From positions 175,956,001 through 176,020,000 of the forward strand of contig OX597815.1 in the NCBI GenBank assembly GCA_951406725.2: a stretch of 64,000 nt of DNA. Reading direction: 5' to 3'. Shown here one piece after another: positions 52,868-64,000 of the stretch. A model generated the notes under the pieces. The model searched no databases and was not told the origin of the DNA. It saw nothing but the letters and a program-made list of their open reading frames with translations. Source of the stretch: Octopus vulgaris (taxonomy: Eukaryota). Positions within the stretch are counted from its first letter, which is position 1; each line of letters opens with the position of its first letter. The position numbers and the translations under genes are program-made.

Positions 52868-53211
52868 AAATAGTTTCATACGGAGATTTCATTTAATTGA
52901 TCAATCGTCAACAGGGCATAACTACAGATTTCTATCTCCACCCCCGATTTTGGATGATCATAACTTTCAGAAAAAAACGGATATTTTTTTTTATTAAATA
53001 TTCTACGAATGTGTTATATCATGTAGATTTCGAATATACAAAAGTTTGGTGGAGGAAGTGTTTTAGCAAGGGTGGGGAGGATTTTCGAAAAGTCATCGGA
53101 GTCCACTTCAATTCGCTCAACTTTCAGGAAAATGGATATTTAGAGATCTTAAAGGCATTTTTAAATTTTATTATTTTCTTTAACCCGGGTAACGCCGGGT
53201 ATTTCTGCTAG
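52868..53211 (+). mobile_element. Non-autonomous Helitron-like element (3' end at 53211)
   Basis: ACCCGGGTAACGCCGGGT hairpin (53183-53200), then ATTTCTGCTAG|T; same 3'-end architecture as the 3091 element. Confidence 0.7.
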
Positions 53212-53385
53212 TATATTATATTACTGTTTGCTCTTCTAAAAATAAAGAACTGCTTAAGAAGTGCTCGGGTCGAACCCGAGACAAAAGATAAGAATTAAGA
53301 TATAAGCTCAAATTAGGCAATCATTGTCCGCATGGTTTGTAAGATTGCTTAATTAGTTTTTCTACCAGGATATGAACTCCGGAAC

Positions 53386-53491
53386 CAATTTTGTACAAAA
53401 TAAGGTTTTGTTCTTTCAACAAAATTGAAGTAAGGTCCGGTCCTTACTTCAATTATGTTGAAAAAACAAAGCCTTATTTTGTACAAAATTG
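53386..53491. repeat. Near-perfect 106-bp palindrome
   Basis: CAATTTTGTACAAAATAAGG..TTCAACAAAATTGAAGTAAGG-TCCGGT-CCTTACTTCAATTATGTTGAA..CCTTATTTTGTACAAAATTG. Confidence 0.9.
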
Positions 53492-53555
53492 TATAATATC
53501 TTTGTCATGATTCTAATATACTCTTAAATCCTGTAAAACAAATCTGTTTTTTCAT

Positions 53556-53601
<46 letters not shown>

Positions 53602-54107
53602 CATACATCCATACATACATACACACACACAGATTCTCTCTCCATCTCACCCCGCACACATACGTAGATATATATACATACATACATATTCTTACCTACA
53701 TAAAGGCAAAGACATGCATACATACAGGATGGTGTTGGTGTGTGGGAACTAGGCTTGTATTATTTAGTAGAGTATATAAAAAGAATTGAGTGCATTTGTG
53801 GGAGGCGATGAAAGATCTTACGTTTCGGACAAGCATTTTTGTGTGAAAGTTGACCGGAGAGAAATTAAAGAGTGAGCTTGCTCCCCTTAATTTCCCTCCT
53901 GCCAACTTTCCTCTGAAGGAGTCCGTGAGACAATCTACTATCCAAGACATGTTCACCCTACACTTTTTGTCGATATATGTGTGCGCGCGCGTGAGAGAGA
54001 GAAAGAGAGTTATGAAGTGGCTGACATATTTCCGTCGTTTATAGACGCTTTCAGCTACGAAAGATAATAAGCATGTTTACTTGTGTGTGAGAAGGAGCGT
54101 AAAGGAG

Positions 54108-54164
54108 AAAGAAAGAGAGTGAGTGAGAGGGAGAGAGGGAAGATCAGATAGGGACGGAGAGAGA

Positions 54165-54244
<80 letters not shown>
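54108..54244. repeat. (GA)n-rich microsatellite
   Basis: Direct reading. Confidence 0.9.
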
Positions 54245-54249
<5 letters not shown>

Positions 54250-56349
54250 AGTTTTCAGAATATTTCCTCAGAATATATTGGTAACATTCTGTCTATGCTT
54301 ATAGAAATACCTTGAAAGCATCTAAGATTCTTACATTCTGTTGAGGTTAAATAAGTTTCTGCTATCTTTGAAGGTGGTTGCAATGTAAGTGAGATAACAG
54401 CTTCAGCTGATAGCTAATGTTCAATATAACAGGTTCTTCGTGTGCGTAATTGTGCCTACCTATGTAAGTGAGACGAGAGAAAAGTCGAGTGACAAAGGGA
54501 GATATTGCAAGGTGGAGGGTGTGCGTGTGTGTGAAAGAAAGATGCTGTTCGTTATTTTGTTTTATTCCACTTTTCATTCATTTGATGTTAGCGCTCGAGA
54601 ATGATACATTAAATTTTTTGGTCAAGGTGACGAGTAGTTAGGTCACCTTGAACCTGATATTAGCTGCGTTAATAAATAACCATTGTAGCTTTGTTAAGTA
54701 TGAAGCCTTGACACACTCTTCACTGCATTACTCACATTTTCCTTTTCGTCCGAATCGAGCCTTTGTGCCGTTCCATTTCTGATAAGACCATTTCTTTCCC
54801 AATCTTTTATTAAAGATAATGTCTGAAACATGATAATGGAGACAGAACAGGATTTCAATTATTTATTCTGTCATCTCCGACCGGTGCTACATTTGACTTT
54901 CAGCAACATAGCAATGATCTGATATGCAAGATGGATTAATCAAGGTTTGTTTAAATAATATAAAATCTTCAGGTAACATAATAAACCATGGTGAATCAGT
55001 GAAGTCAGAAAGGCCAGAGATTCTCATATAATTCCAAATGAAGTTCTCAGTCGACATCAATATGTCATTGTAAAACAAAGGAAAGAAAAACAAAAGTTAA
55101 TGCCTCATATAGTAACTGTACCCATCATGATTGCTATCTTTTTCCTTGCCAAATTGTCGTTTCTATTTATACGTCAGATGCCTGTTGGTGGTAAGAATAA
55201 CAACAACAGGAAATATTTAGCAATCTAACAAATATTTTGTCAACAAATTAATAGTAGTCTCACTTCAGTCAAATATTTTATTCGTTACAATACAATTACT
55301 CTCATGATAATATTTTGCAGTTCTCCAAATTGAAACAAAACAAAAAAAAAAAGCTACCGATTCAACATGATAATAGAAATTGCTTGTATTGTTACTTCAC
55401 TTTTATTGTCTTTTCTTTGCCCTTGTATCACCAGTGTCATCGTTGCAGATATTTTAATGAAAGTGGTAACAGTCGCCTCTCCATAATTTATTGTTTCTCC
55501 GAAGTAGATGTCGACTGCGATTGACACCACTTTAGACCGTTCATAAGTCGCTCAGGATGCATTGGCATATATTTTGATGTAGGTCGTTGTAATCCATGAA
55601 CTAAGTCGATCAAATATTTACTACTACCTAAAACATCTCATGCCTTTGGTAACAATTTGATCGGAAAACGCTCTGGACAAGGGTCACTTTAAATTATTAT
55701 TTTCCCTCAACACACAATTCGTATCTGCTTTTATTTCTACTCGACCGGTCTGAAGAATTGTATGCAAATATCATGGGTTATTTATCAGTATTGCTAAACA
55801 AAGTAGATGTTAGAACCCAAGGGAGTGTCCGTCTGTCTGTCTTCAGTTAAAATTCTCCAGGTAGTAGAATTATACACATTCCCAGCAATGCTTGTTAACA
55901 AAACACGTCAAATATGATTGTAGAACAGTGTTAGAATGGTTCTGCTGATGTTTATTAGAATTGTTCCTAGTCTCAAAATATCACGAGCAAAATGGAGTAT
56001 ATTTGAATATGTTGCCAATCGCTAGCTATTTCGATAACATTATAAGTACTGTGCTTATACTGGAGTGTGCCATAAATGCTCTTCACTCTTCAATAAGCAG
56101 ACTATGTTCTTATCGAGTTACTCATTCAACGGCACACATTTTACATTATATTCTAATTAATGAGTCTAATTATCACGTGTGATTATATAAACAGTAGTAG
56201 CACCAGTCATGGTGCGACTTACAACAACAGTTTTTATAGACAGTAGTTTACAAACAATAGTTATACCATGCTCAACTTACAATAATTTTTACTTTCCGTG
56301 TATGCAAGAAATTCCTAATTAGCAGCATTGCAGTGTAGCCGGCTGGTCG

Positions 56350-56550
56350 AGTTCTCAGGGAGATTCAGCGTGACACAGAATATGACAAGGCATTCCCCTT
56401 GGAATTACAGGTACAACCCACTTTTACCAGCTGAGTAGAATGGAGCAACGTGAAATAACTTTTCAAAGACAACGCATAGCCGAGAATCGAACTCATGACC
56501 CTACGATTGTGAGCCGAATACGGCAGCCACTGAGCCAAGTGCCTTCACGT
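56350..56550 (-). mobile_element. SINE family C
   Basis: Minus strand GGCACTTGGCTCAGTGGC..TATTCGGCTCACAATCGTAGGGTCATGAGTTCGATTCTC..CACGTTGCTCC..CTCAGCTGGTAAAAG..GTCACGCTGAATCTCCCTGAGAACT. Confidence 0.85.
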
Positions 56551-56611
56551 CTGATCTATGTAGTTCTGTTGAAGCAACCCACGTTACAAAGTAGGTATTG
56601 GTTTACGTCGA

Positions 56612-56810
56612 AGGCGGCGAGCTGGCAGAATCGTTAGCACGCCGGGCGAAATGCGTAGCCGTATTTCGCCTGCCGTTACGTTCTGAGTTCAAATTCCGCC
56701 GAGGTCGACTTTGCCTTTCATCCTTTCGGGGTCGATTAAATAAGTACTAGTTACGTCTGTCCTTGTTTGTCCTCTCTGTGTTTAGCCCCTTGTGGGTAGT
56801 AAAGAAAAAG
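56612..56810 (+). mobile_element. SINE family A, least-diverged copy in the window
   Basis: AAGGCGGCGAGCTGGCAGAATCGTTAGCACGCCGGGCGAAATGC..GAGTTCAAATTCCGCCGAGGTCGACTTTGCCTTTCATCCTTTCGGGGTCGATTAAATAAGTAC. Confidence 0.9.
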
Positions 56811-58754
56811 GTATTGGTTTATGTCGATTAGTCATAAATACTTTAAATATTTGGGAAGGGATAAAGGGGGAGGGCTCGTTTATATATCTCTCTGAATTCT
56901 ACACTTTTCTTCGAAGAGAGATAACTTCATCTGGACTTCATAAGACTTTACTTCTTGGTACGCATGATATAAAAAAGAAATTTTAACACTCTATAAAGAT
57001 ATCATTTTTATGTATGTCTTGGCATTCTTACTTCTAAATAATTATAGAAAATTATTTGTATTGCTTAGCATGTACTGAATATGAAATAAGTGTGATAGTA
57101 ATTTCTGAAAGAATTTGAGAATATAGACATCTCTTTTGTCCGAACGCTGTTCTATGTTGGAGGTATTTAAACAGAAACATTCCGTTGAATAAAATTTGGA
57201 GATATTCTTCTACTTGGCTACAGGCCATTTGCATTTGTGAACAGGGAATAGAAAATGTGGGAAATAGTAATTCCTATATTTAACAGGAAGATTTCACCGG
57301 CTTCTAAATTATAAACAGGAATCATTTCATTTGTTTGCGAGAGTTATGATGATGATGAAAGATAATTTGTCGTCACCGTCATAATCACCACCACCACCAC
57401 CATCATCATCAATGTTGTCATTATTATTATTATTATTATTATTATTAACATCAACCCACGCCATAACGGGTGGTACCTACTGCTGCTGTTTGTGCCGACA
57501 CTGCTGTTGCTGTGGCCGCTATAATCGCTCTTTACAATGAAACAGTTTTTGCCAAAACTGCTTCTATATTTTAAACATCCGCCGATTGGGGTCTCCCTTG
57601 CAGTTGATAACAGAATGAGTTTATTTACCATTTCATGTCATGGACAAAAACGAATCATTGTGATATTGAGCAGGATATTTGCTGTAGCCCATCTTTTATA
57701 CCAAGGCAAAACAATGTACATGATAACACTTCCAATCGGTAAAGATCAGAAGTCATGAGAGCTACTGCCTGGTACTGCATCATAATCATCATCATTATAT
57801 AATTGTTCAACATTTAGTAGTTTGAGGCAAACTTCTACTGCACCACCAGCTGCACCTCCGTGTAGCAGGGGTGTGTGCAGCATTGTGTGTTCTTTTCTGT
57901 TGTTGGAAGTGCGCAAACTCTTCCCCGTATTGTTAAAATTTTTCTTTCTTTTAGGGTGTGGTGCGGTCTTTTTTTTGTATTACTGCTTGTATTGCGTGTT
58001 TGAGTGTGTAATCCGTTTGTTTTCTAGGTTGCTGGTGGAAGTTTATTTCACTGGGTAATTGCATAATAGAGCGTGTCTTGTGTTTGAAGGTTGTTTTGTT
58101 TAGATTGTTTTACTGAATTGATAGTGTTTATGTTTATCATCATCATCATCATTATTATTATTATTATCATCATCATTATTATTACTATTTGGATCTTATT
58201 TACAAATTCATACTCAAGAATAGTGTGTAAGCTTGTTGCTTTTCTTTTCCCTTTTTGTCTTGTTAGAGGCATATTAATATCAATTTCCTTGGTGCATTTT
58301 CTAGAAGGGACCCAAGAGAATTAGTTGGTTCCTTTATTTCTTGTCGCTCTGGGACTAAAATTGCTTTGGAAAAAATTGATATTTCATAACTTTTTTTCAG
58401 AACAATAAACATGGCGTTAATTTTGAAAGCCAATCAGCAAGGAAGTTTTAAAGTAGTGCCTTTCACTCAATACCTCCTTTTCAATGGAAATGGTCTTTTT
58501 AGATGGCTGTCTATTGGGAATAGTAGCAGTAACAATATTAAAACCGAGTCGAACAACAACATCAAAACATCAAACAACGACATCATGAGCAAATCCGCTC
58601 TGAACAACAGCAGCAGCAGCAGCAGCTACTCCACCACCAACAACAACTCGCTTATGAGCGACCAATCTTTTACTCTGAGGCAATCACCGTCTCCTTCATA
58701 CACAACATACACAAACAAGCACAGGCAGTTGCAAGACAAGAAATAATGATGGCG

Positions 58755-58831
<77 letters not shown>

Positions 58832-58880
58832 AAGAAGAAGAAGAAGAAGAAGAAGAAGAAGAAGAAGAAGAAGAAGAAGA
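58755..58880. repeat. (TAA)n followed by (GAA)n
   Basis: Direct reading. Confidence 0.95.
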
Positions 58881-58930
58881 ACAAGGCACACAAAGCGGCA
58901 CTCGGTAGTGCAGTGAAAGCACGTGATGAA

Positions 58931-58932
<2 letters not shown>
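58881..58932 (+). mobile_element. Extremely 5'-truncated Dong/R4 3' UTR
   Basis: CAAGGCACACAAAGCGGCACTCGGTAGTGCAGTGAAAGCACG matches 59756-59797, followed by (TAA)n. Confidence 0.8.
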
Positions 58933-58973
<41 letters not shown>

Positions 58974-58975
58974 GT

Positions 58976-59140
58976 GGTTTCAAATTTTGCTACAAGCACA
59001 GTAATTTTGGTGGAGGGGATGACTCGATGACATCGACCCCAGTGTTCAACTGGTGTTTATTTTATCGACCCCGAAATGATGAAAGGCAAAGACGACCTCG
59101 GCGGAATTTGAACTCAGAACTTGAAGACGGCCGAAATGCG
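58976..59140 (-). mobile_element. SINE family A
   Basis: ATCGACCCCGAAATGATGAAAGGCAAAGACGACCTCGGCGGAATTTGAACTCAGAAC. Confidence 0.85.
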
Positions 59141-59147
59141 TATTAAC

Positions 59148-59197
<50 letters not shown>

Positions 59198-59199
<2 letters not shown>

Positions 59200-59822
59200 G
59201 GCTGCCCAGTCCTAGCTAAGAAGGAATATATTCACAGACATGACAGAGTTGGAACCTACATACACTGGAAGCTATGCCAACATTATGGAATAACAACAGA
59301 AAAAAGATGGTATAGGCACACACCAGAAAATGTCACAGAAAACGAGAAAGCAACCATACTCTGGGATATGCCGATACACACAGATAGAGAAATTAAGGCC
59401 AACAGACCAGATATAGTTGTCAGAGATCATGAAGAAAAAAATGCTTTCTAATTGATGGATCAATACCGGCTGATGACAACGTGTCTCTAAAAGAAATGGA
59501 GAAACTTTCAAAATACGAAGACCTGGAAATAGAGGTAACCAGAATGTGGAATCTAAAAACAGAAACAATTCATATCATAGTAGGTGCATTAGGCATGATA
59601 AAAAAATATTCAGACAAATACATAACAAAAACGCCAGGACTTACAAACACATATAACATACAGAAAATTGCACTACTAGGCACTGCACACATCCTACACA
59701 GAACACTTTCCATACAATAACCATCAGAGCATCACAACAAATCACAGCACATACCCAAGGCACACAGAGCTGCGCTCGGTAGTGAAGTGAAAGCACGCTA
59801 TAAAAATATAACTACTGAATGA
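59198..59822 (+). mobile_element. Dong/R4-clade LINE 3' end inserted in (TAA)n
   Basis: GCPVLAKKEYIHRHDRVGTYIHW..ILWDMPIHTDREIKANRPDIVV (RHD and PD motifs of the RLE domain), frameshift, then KLSKYEDLEIE..IIVGALG..IQKIALLGTAHIL; (TAA)n on both sides. Confidence 0.92.
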
Positions 59823-60429
59823 TAATAATAATAATAATAATAACAATAATAATAAAACAGCCACGCAAGTCTTGTAGCGGCTGTAAACTGCGTAAGTGCC
59901 GAAAACAGCAACAACAGCATCAGTCCTAACAGCAAAGATAGAACCAATGAATTCCAAAAAACTAGTGAAGCGAATGAGGAAAACTTCGGTGCCATCCCCG
60001 ATCTTATTGACTTATTGCCAGAAGGCGCCATTTCTTTATGACTGAAGGGAACGGAAGACTAAGATGCCAAAAATATTGCGCTTCAAATTATCTGATAGTT
60101 TTGTTCCCCAGCAAAAACTGAAAAAAAAATCTAAAAGTGTCTACTACAGACGACATCTCAAAAGGCATTAATAACACCGACAGTGAAATGCAACCACAAC
60201 CGTGATAAAACAGCAGGAACCGCTACAGAAGCGGTTGTAACAACAAAAGCAGAGCCAACAACAGCATCAGGAAAAAAAAAACAGTAACATCGAAATAACA
60301 CAAAGAAGCTAAACTCAAAAGAAGTAGAACTACAACCAGCAACGGAGGGAAGAACAACGGCAAGAATCCCTAAGACAACATCAGTTGAAGAAACACACAC
60401 ACATATGCACACACGCACACAGACGCGCG

Positions 60430-60560
60430 CGCGCGAATAATAAAAGTAACGGACAACAAGAGGATATGCACAAGGGAATGTATTAGCTTGACGCTCAGTG
60501 AAAAGTGAGAATGTGACGTTTCGAACATCGCTCTTCGTCGGAAAGAAGAAAAGGAAAAAT
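60430..60560 (-). mobile_element. PLE-like terminal remnant with hammerhead-like motif (U4C core, 60511-60545)
   Basis: Minus strand CTTT-CCGACGA-A-GAGC(GAT)GTTC-GAAA-CG-TC; helix I degenerate; flanks resemble the 14318/29990 family. Confidence 0.45.
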
Positions 60561-60569
60561 TCAAATGTG

Positions 60570-60790
60570 TGTGTGTGTGTGTCTGTGCTTGTCCTCCACC
60601 ACCTCTTGATACTGTGCTGCTGTGTTTACGTCCTCATAACTTAGCGGTTTGGCAAAGGAAACCGATAGAATAAGTACTAGGCATAAACATAATAAATATT
60701 GGAGTAGATTCATTCGTCTCAAGATTCTTCTAGGCACTGCCACAGCATGGCCACAGTCTAATGCTTAAAAGAAGTAAAACATAAGCGATA
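60570..60790 (+). mobile_element. SINE family B 3' half
   Basis: GTGTTTACGTCCTCATAACTTAGCGGTTTGGCAAAGGAAACCGATAGAATAAGTACTAGGC...CAGCATGGCCACAGTCTAATG. Confidence 0.85.
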
Positions 60791-61079
60791 GATACAAACA
60801 CGGAATCGGACAAAGACCAACTTTATCATCTTGTATTTTATTCCGTGTAAAAACCGGGGTATTTTTTTTTTTTTACTTATTTTGACTTCTCCCATTGCAT
60901 GTATTAGATAACATCATTCACCTCAATCCAGGAGTTGTTTTTTTTTTTGGGGGGGGGGGGGCAGTAATTTGTGTACACCACTCACACGCTTTTATAAGCG
61001 CGCAGCTGGGACAGCCTTAATTTGAGATAATAAAAAGATTATTATTATTATTATTATTATTATTATTGACGTCGCACAG

Positions 61080-62020
61080 TATACAATATCATATTCCACA
61101 TTAACATATTGTGCTTCAGAAGTTTGAAATCACAGGAGAAATTTTGAAGATATCCAGTGATTTCAAGATCCATGAATGTGGTATGTTGTCGAATGTCTTT
61201 TTATAATCAATCCATGCAGAGCTGAGATTTCTGCGTTTGTTATGACAGTTCTCAAGGACCATGCGATTGATTAAGAGTTGGTCTTTGCATCCATTTTGTT
61301 CAGTGGGGAAAATATCGTTCTGTTCTGTTCCATAAATTTGTATGTTTTCTCCACTAGGATGGACGTTAAAATCTTATACGTGGTAGATAGACATATTATG
61401 GACCGATAGTTTTGTTATTCTTCGGGAGTAGGTGAGTACTACCTCTTGCTAATCAATCAGGTGTTTTCGTAGGATCTCTCATAATTTCATTGAAAAACTG
61501 GACTAACTTTTAGCGTGCACACGGGAGAAAGGCGAGCCAGTATTTTGGCGCCTTATCTTTACCAGATTTCCACTGATGAGCCTTCCTGAGTGTCATTTTT
61601 AGGTCTGCTGTTGTGATGTCTTCCCATGCTTGTTCTGGTAAGTTTTAGTAGGATCCTTCAGTGTGCCTAATCCAGGCTACATTTTTCATTGTAAGTATTT
61701 TCTTTACTCCAGATATTTTTCCAGAAGTTTTCAACTTCTTCCATGGCAGTGGGGCATTCAAAGGTTATTCTCACCTTCCCTATTTTTCTGTAAACTGTTT
61801 TCGCATTGGATATGAATAGCTTATTTTGCTTGTAAAATTTGTTTCTCTTCTCAAATCTTCGTAGTCTTTGATATTTTGCTTGGAGTTTTTTGTTGCAGTG
61901 TTTGTTTTGCGGAAAGCAGTTCATCTCTTGGTGAGAATCTAAGTTTTCTCTTCATCTTCCTCCCTCTTCTGGTTTTTACTTTGTTTTCACAGATTAGTTC
62001 ATTCAATGTATTTCATCCTT
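61080..62020 (-). mobile_element. Dong/R4-clade LINE RT N-terminal region (decayed)
   Basis: YQRLRRFEKRNKFYKQNKLF..EVENFWKNIWS..ITTADL..HQWKSGKD..YKILTSIL..GCKDQLLIN..AWIDYKKTFDNIPHSWI. Confidence 0.85.
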
Positions 62021-62149
62021 CATTATTTCAATCTTTTTACTATCATCATCATCATCATCATCATCGTCGTCGTTGTTGCTTTTGTTGGTGGTGGTGTTAT
62101 TCTGAAAGACTCTCAGACAGTTCTTAATTACCGGTTATCCTTTACTTGG

Positions 62150-62900
62150 AAGAAGGCAATAACAAATCATCAAAGGTTTCAAGTAGTGCCTTCTCTTCAG
62201 ACTCAAAAAGAGACAATATTCTCCTTAGAATGCGAGCTGTACCCAACAATGCTGTCTTCTGGATCACTTCGAGCCTGACAACAGATCCAATATTCTTAAT
62301 GTTTCTCAAAGCCCTTGGAAACTGCTGCTAATGCTCCAATTACCACCATGTCACCTGTACTTTCCTCTTGCCCCATAACTTGCATCTCTCGTGAGCAGAA
62401 GTTGTTACCATTTGTCAGAGGCTCTTTTACGTAACTCGTCTCTTTGAGACCTCTGCCAGCCGAACTCTGTAAATGGTGGATATTCCACTGTGACTTTGTA
62501 GGTTAAAGTTCAACACGTTCCTTTTTCATTCAGGCTTCGTCAACCTTTTCAAATTTCATTTAAGAAGTAAAATAAGTGTGTACAGGAAAATGTTGCTTCT
62601 CAGCTATTTCATTCAAGGGTGGACAAAAGTGGTGGTCATGGCCTGATTTGAGCATGCACCTGTGCACTGGAGATGGACGATTGGGAGAATGTCCGCTTAT
62701 TGATCAAGGTGACTGTTGTTTTATTAGTCGTGTTTCCACGATGAAACCCCAGAAAGGTCTCCCACATTTGGGGAAGTTTTTCTTTCTGAATTTTTAAAAT
62801 GTTGTTATTTCCCTTGTTTGCACATTCTCTCTTTAATCTCACGTTGTATTTCTTTGTACCATCGTCGATCTTTTTATCGATAACTTGAGGCTAATTACAA
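62150..62900 (-). mobile_element. Second Dong/R4 copy, internally deleted (C-terminus clear at 62150-62390)
   Basis: VVIGAL..VSKG and LEVIQKTALLGTARILRRILS; weaker upstream AGRGL-like motif near 62450. Confidence 0.65.
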
Positions 62901-63240
62901 AGCAAAAATTTATTATGAAAGCATTATACGCTACATTATTAAACAGAGCTATTATTCTGAGGTTGGGTGACAAAATCTCTCTTCAATTCCCAACATCTTT
63001 CATAGGATTCTTTCAAATTATAGGATATTACTTCTCTGCAAGTTGACAATGTGTCTCACTTCCAGTATTCATCAGTTTGTTTGTGGCAAGTGCACAGGAA
63101 CAATTATAACCTTTGCTTTCCACAATACTTCTCTCTTACTAGTTATGTTTTCATATTTCGAAATTTTCTCAATTATTTTGCGTTGTTATTTTTTTTGCTT
63201 CTATAATTAGGTCTGGTTTCCTTGCTTCAATGGCATACTT

Positions 63241-63305
63241 CGGCGAGCTGGCATAATCGTTAGCTAGACGCCCCCGCACCAAAATTTCAGGACTTTCATA
63301 AAAAG
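63241..63305 (+). mobile_element. SINE family A, head fused to tail (internal deletion)
   Basis: CGGCGAGCTGGCATAATCGTTAGC joined to CCAAAATTTCAGG. Confidence 0.6.
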
Positions 63306-63714
63306 TATTATGATTATTATTATTATTATTATTATTATTATCATCATCATTGAGCGAGAGAGGAGTTCATGCCATCAAAGTGACACTTGAGTTCAAATAT
63401 ATGAAGCCCAATATACCCACCGTGATTACTCGTCTGATAAGAGTACACCAGGTACATGCATACAACCATATGTACCCGACATGGTGATCTCACATCAAGA
63501 TTAACAGCGTATGGCTTTGCAAGGGAGGCCCAGTTAGAATTTTCTTTAGGTCAAGTAGCACATCCCCCTCAAAAGGCCCTTGAATGAGGGTTCTTTAAGG
63601 ATGTTGAACAAAACACTCATGTTTCCAGAGGTGAATTATTCAAACTACAAAGAGTTCCTCTCAACACATAGCTATGATGCTCCCTCATCAGAGATACACA
63701 TATCGTCAGCCACC

Positions 63715-63950
63715 AAGAGACATTGGGAGAGTTGTGGGGTTAGAGACCTGAGGTACCTCCTCCATAAGATCCAATCAGAAACAACGCCTATTATACGTTT
63801 CCGCCGGATTCCCAAGTGCAGCCAACTGTGACGATGTGTATTATCCAACTATCTAATTCTACATCCATCCATGGATCTCCTGCCGGACGGCAATTTTCCT
63901 TCAGACATTGTAATCACATGTCGGGTTGAGCTTCTTATTATTTCTTTGTC
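63715..63950 (-). mobile_element. RTE (Rex3/Expander-like) LINE extreme C-terminus
   Basis: GKLPSGRRS..R*LDNTHRHSWLHLGIRRKRIIGVVSDWILWRRYLRSLTPQ resembles the Rex3-type end RW.D.I...W..LGI........R..W..LL..L.P. Confidence 0.55.
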
Positions 63951-64000
63951 TTTTTTAACCAGAATCTATAACATAAAAGATCAACGCTAAACTTGGTGAC

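Noticed and set aside
53688-53715. Minus-strand TCTTTGCCTTTATGTAG|GTAAGA
   Set aside because: Weaker donor adjoining a microsatellite, single instance; noted as a counter-example to strict strand bias.
54960-54978. TCTTCAG|GTAACA as a fourth ratchet point (spacing would fit)
   Set aside because: Weak donor and very short pyrimidine tract.
56612-56700. tRNA-like A/B boxes in SINE heads (also 36968, 27015, 45314)
   Set aside because: No cloverleaf or acceptor stem; they continue into SINE bodies present in many copies.
59860-60390. Coding-looking A/C-rich stretch (SHASLVAAVNC..., TATEAVVTTKAEPTT)
   Set aside because: Interrupted by stops, low complexity, no family recognised.
61425-61437. 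TAG|GTGAGT on the plus strand
   Set aside because: No polypyrimidine tract and lies inside an antisense Dong RT fragment; shows the bare motif does occur by chance.
63352-63690. Probable interspersed repeat between (TTA)/(TCA) tract and RTE end
   Set aside because: Single copy in the window and no motif I can assign; left unannotated.

Overview
AT-rich, microsatellite-saturated animal non-coding DNA. The SINE families, Dong/R4, RTE, CR1 and Penelope remnants and the (TA)n/(CA)n/(TAA)n density match what I recognise as an octopus (coleoid cephalopod) genome; that assignment is inference. I find no host protein-coding exon. Most ORF-track entries are microsatellite read-through or decayed retroelement ORFs. 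Recognisable content: about 25 tRNA-derived SINE copies in three or four families, 5'-truncated CR1, RTE and Dong/R4 LINE fragments, an internally deleted Tc1/mariner with TIRs, Helitron/Helentron ends, Penelope-like (PLE) remnants and several long fold-back palindromes. Two signals stand out. (1) At least eight minimal type I hammerhead ribozyme motifs sit in PLE-terminus-like remnants: three with canonical cores plus U3:A8, U4C and A6U core variants, two of which recur in independent copies. (2) Plus-strand polypyrimidine-YAG|GTRAGT junctions at 3969, 18873 and 37885, two followed by short exons with stops in all three frames, resemble recursive-splicing ratchet points and suggest the window may lie inside one giant intron. 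Repeat boundaries are approximate, judged by eye.
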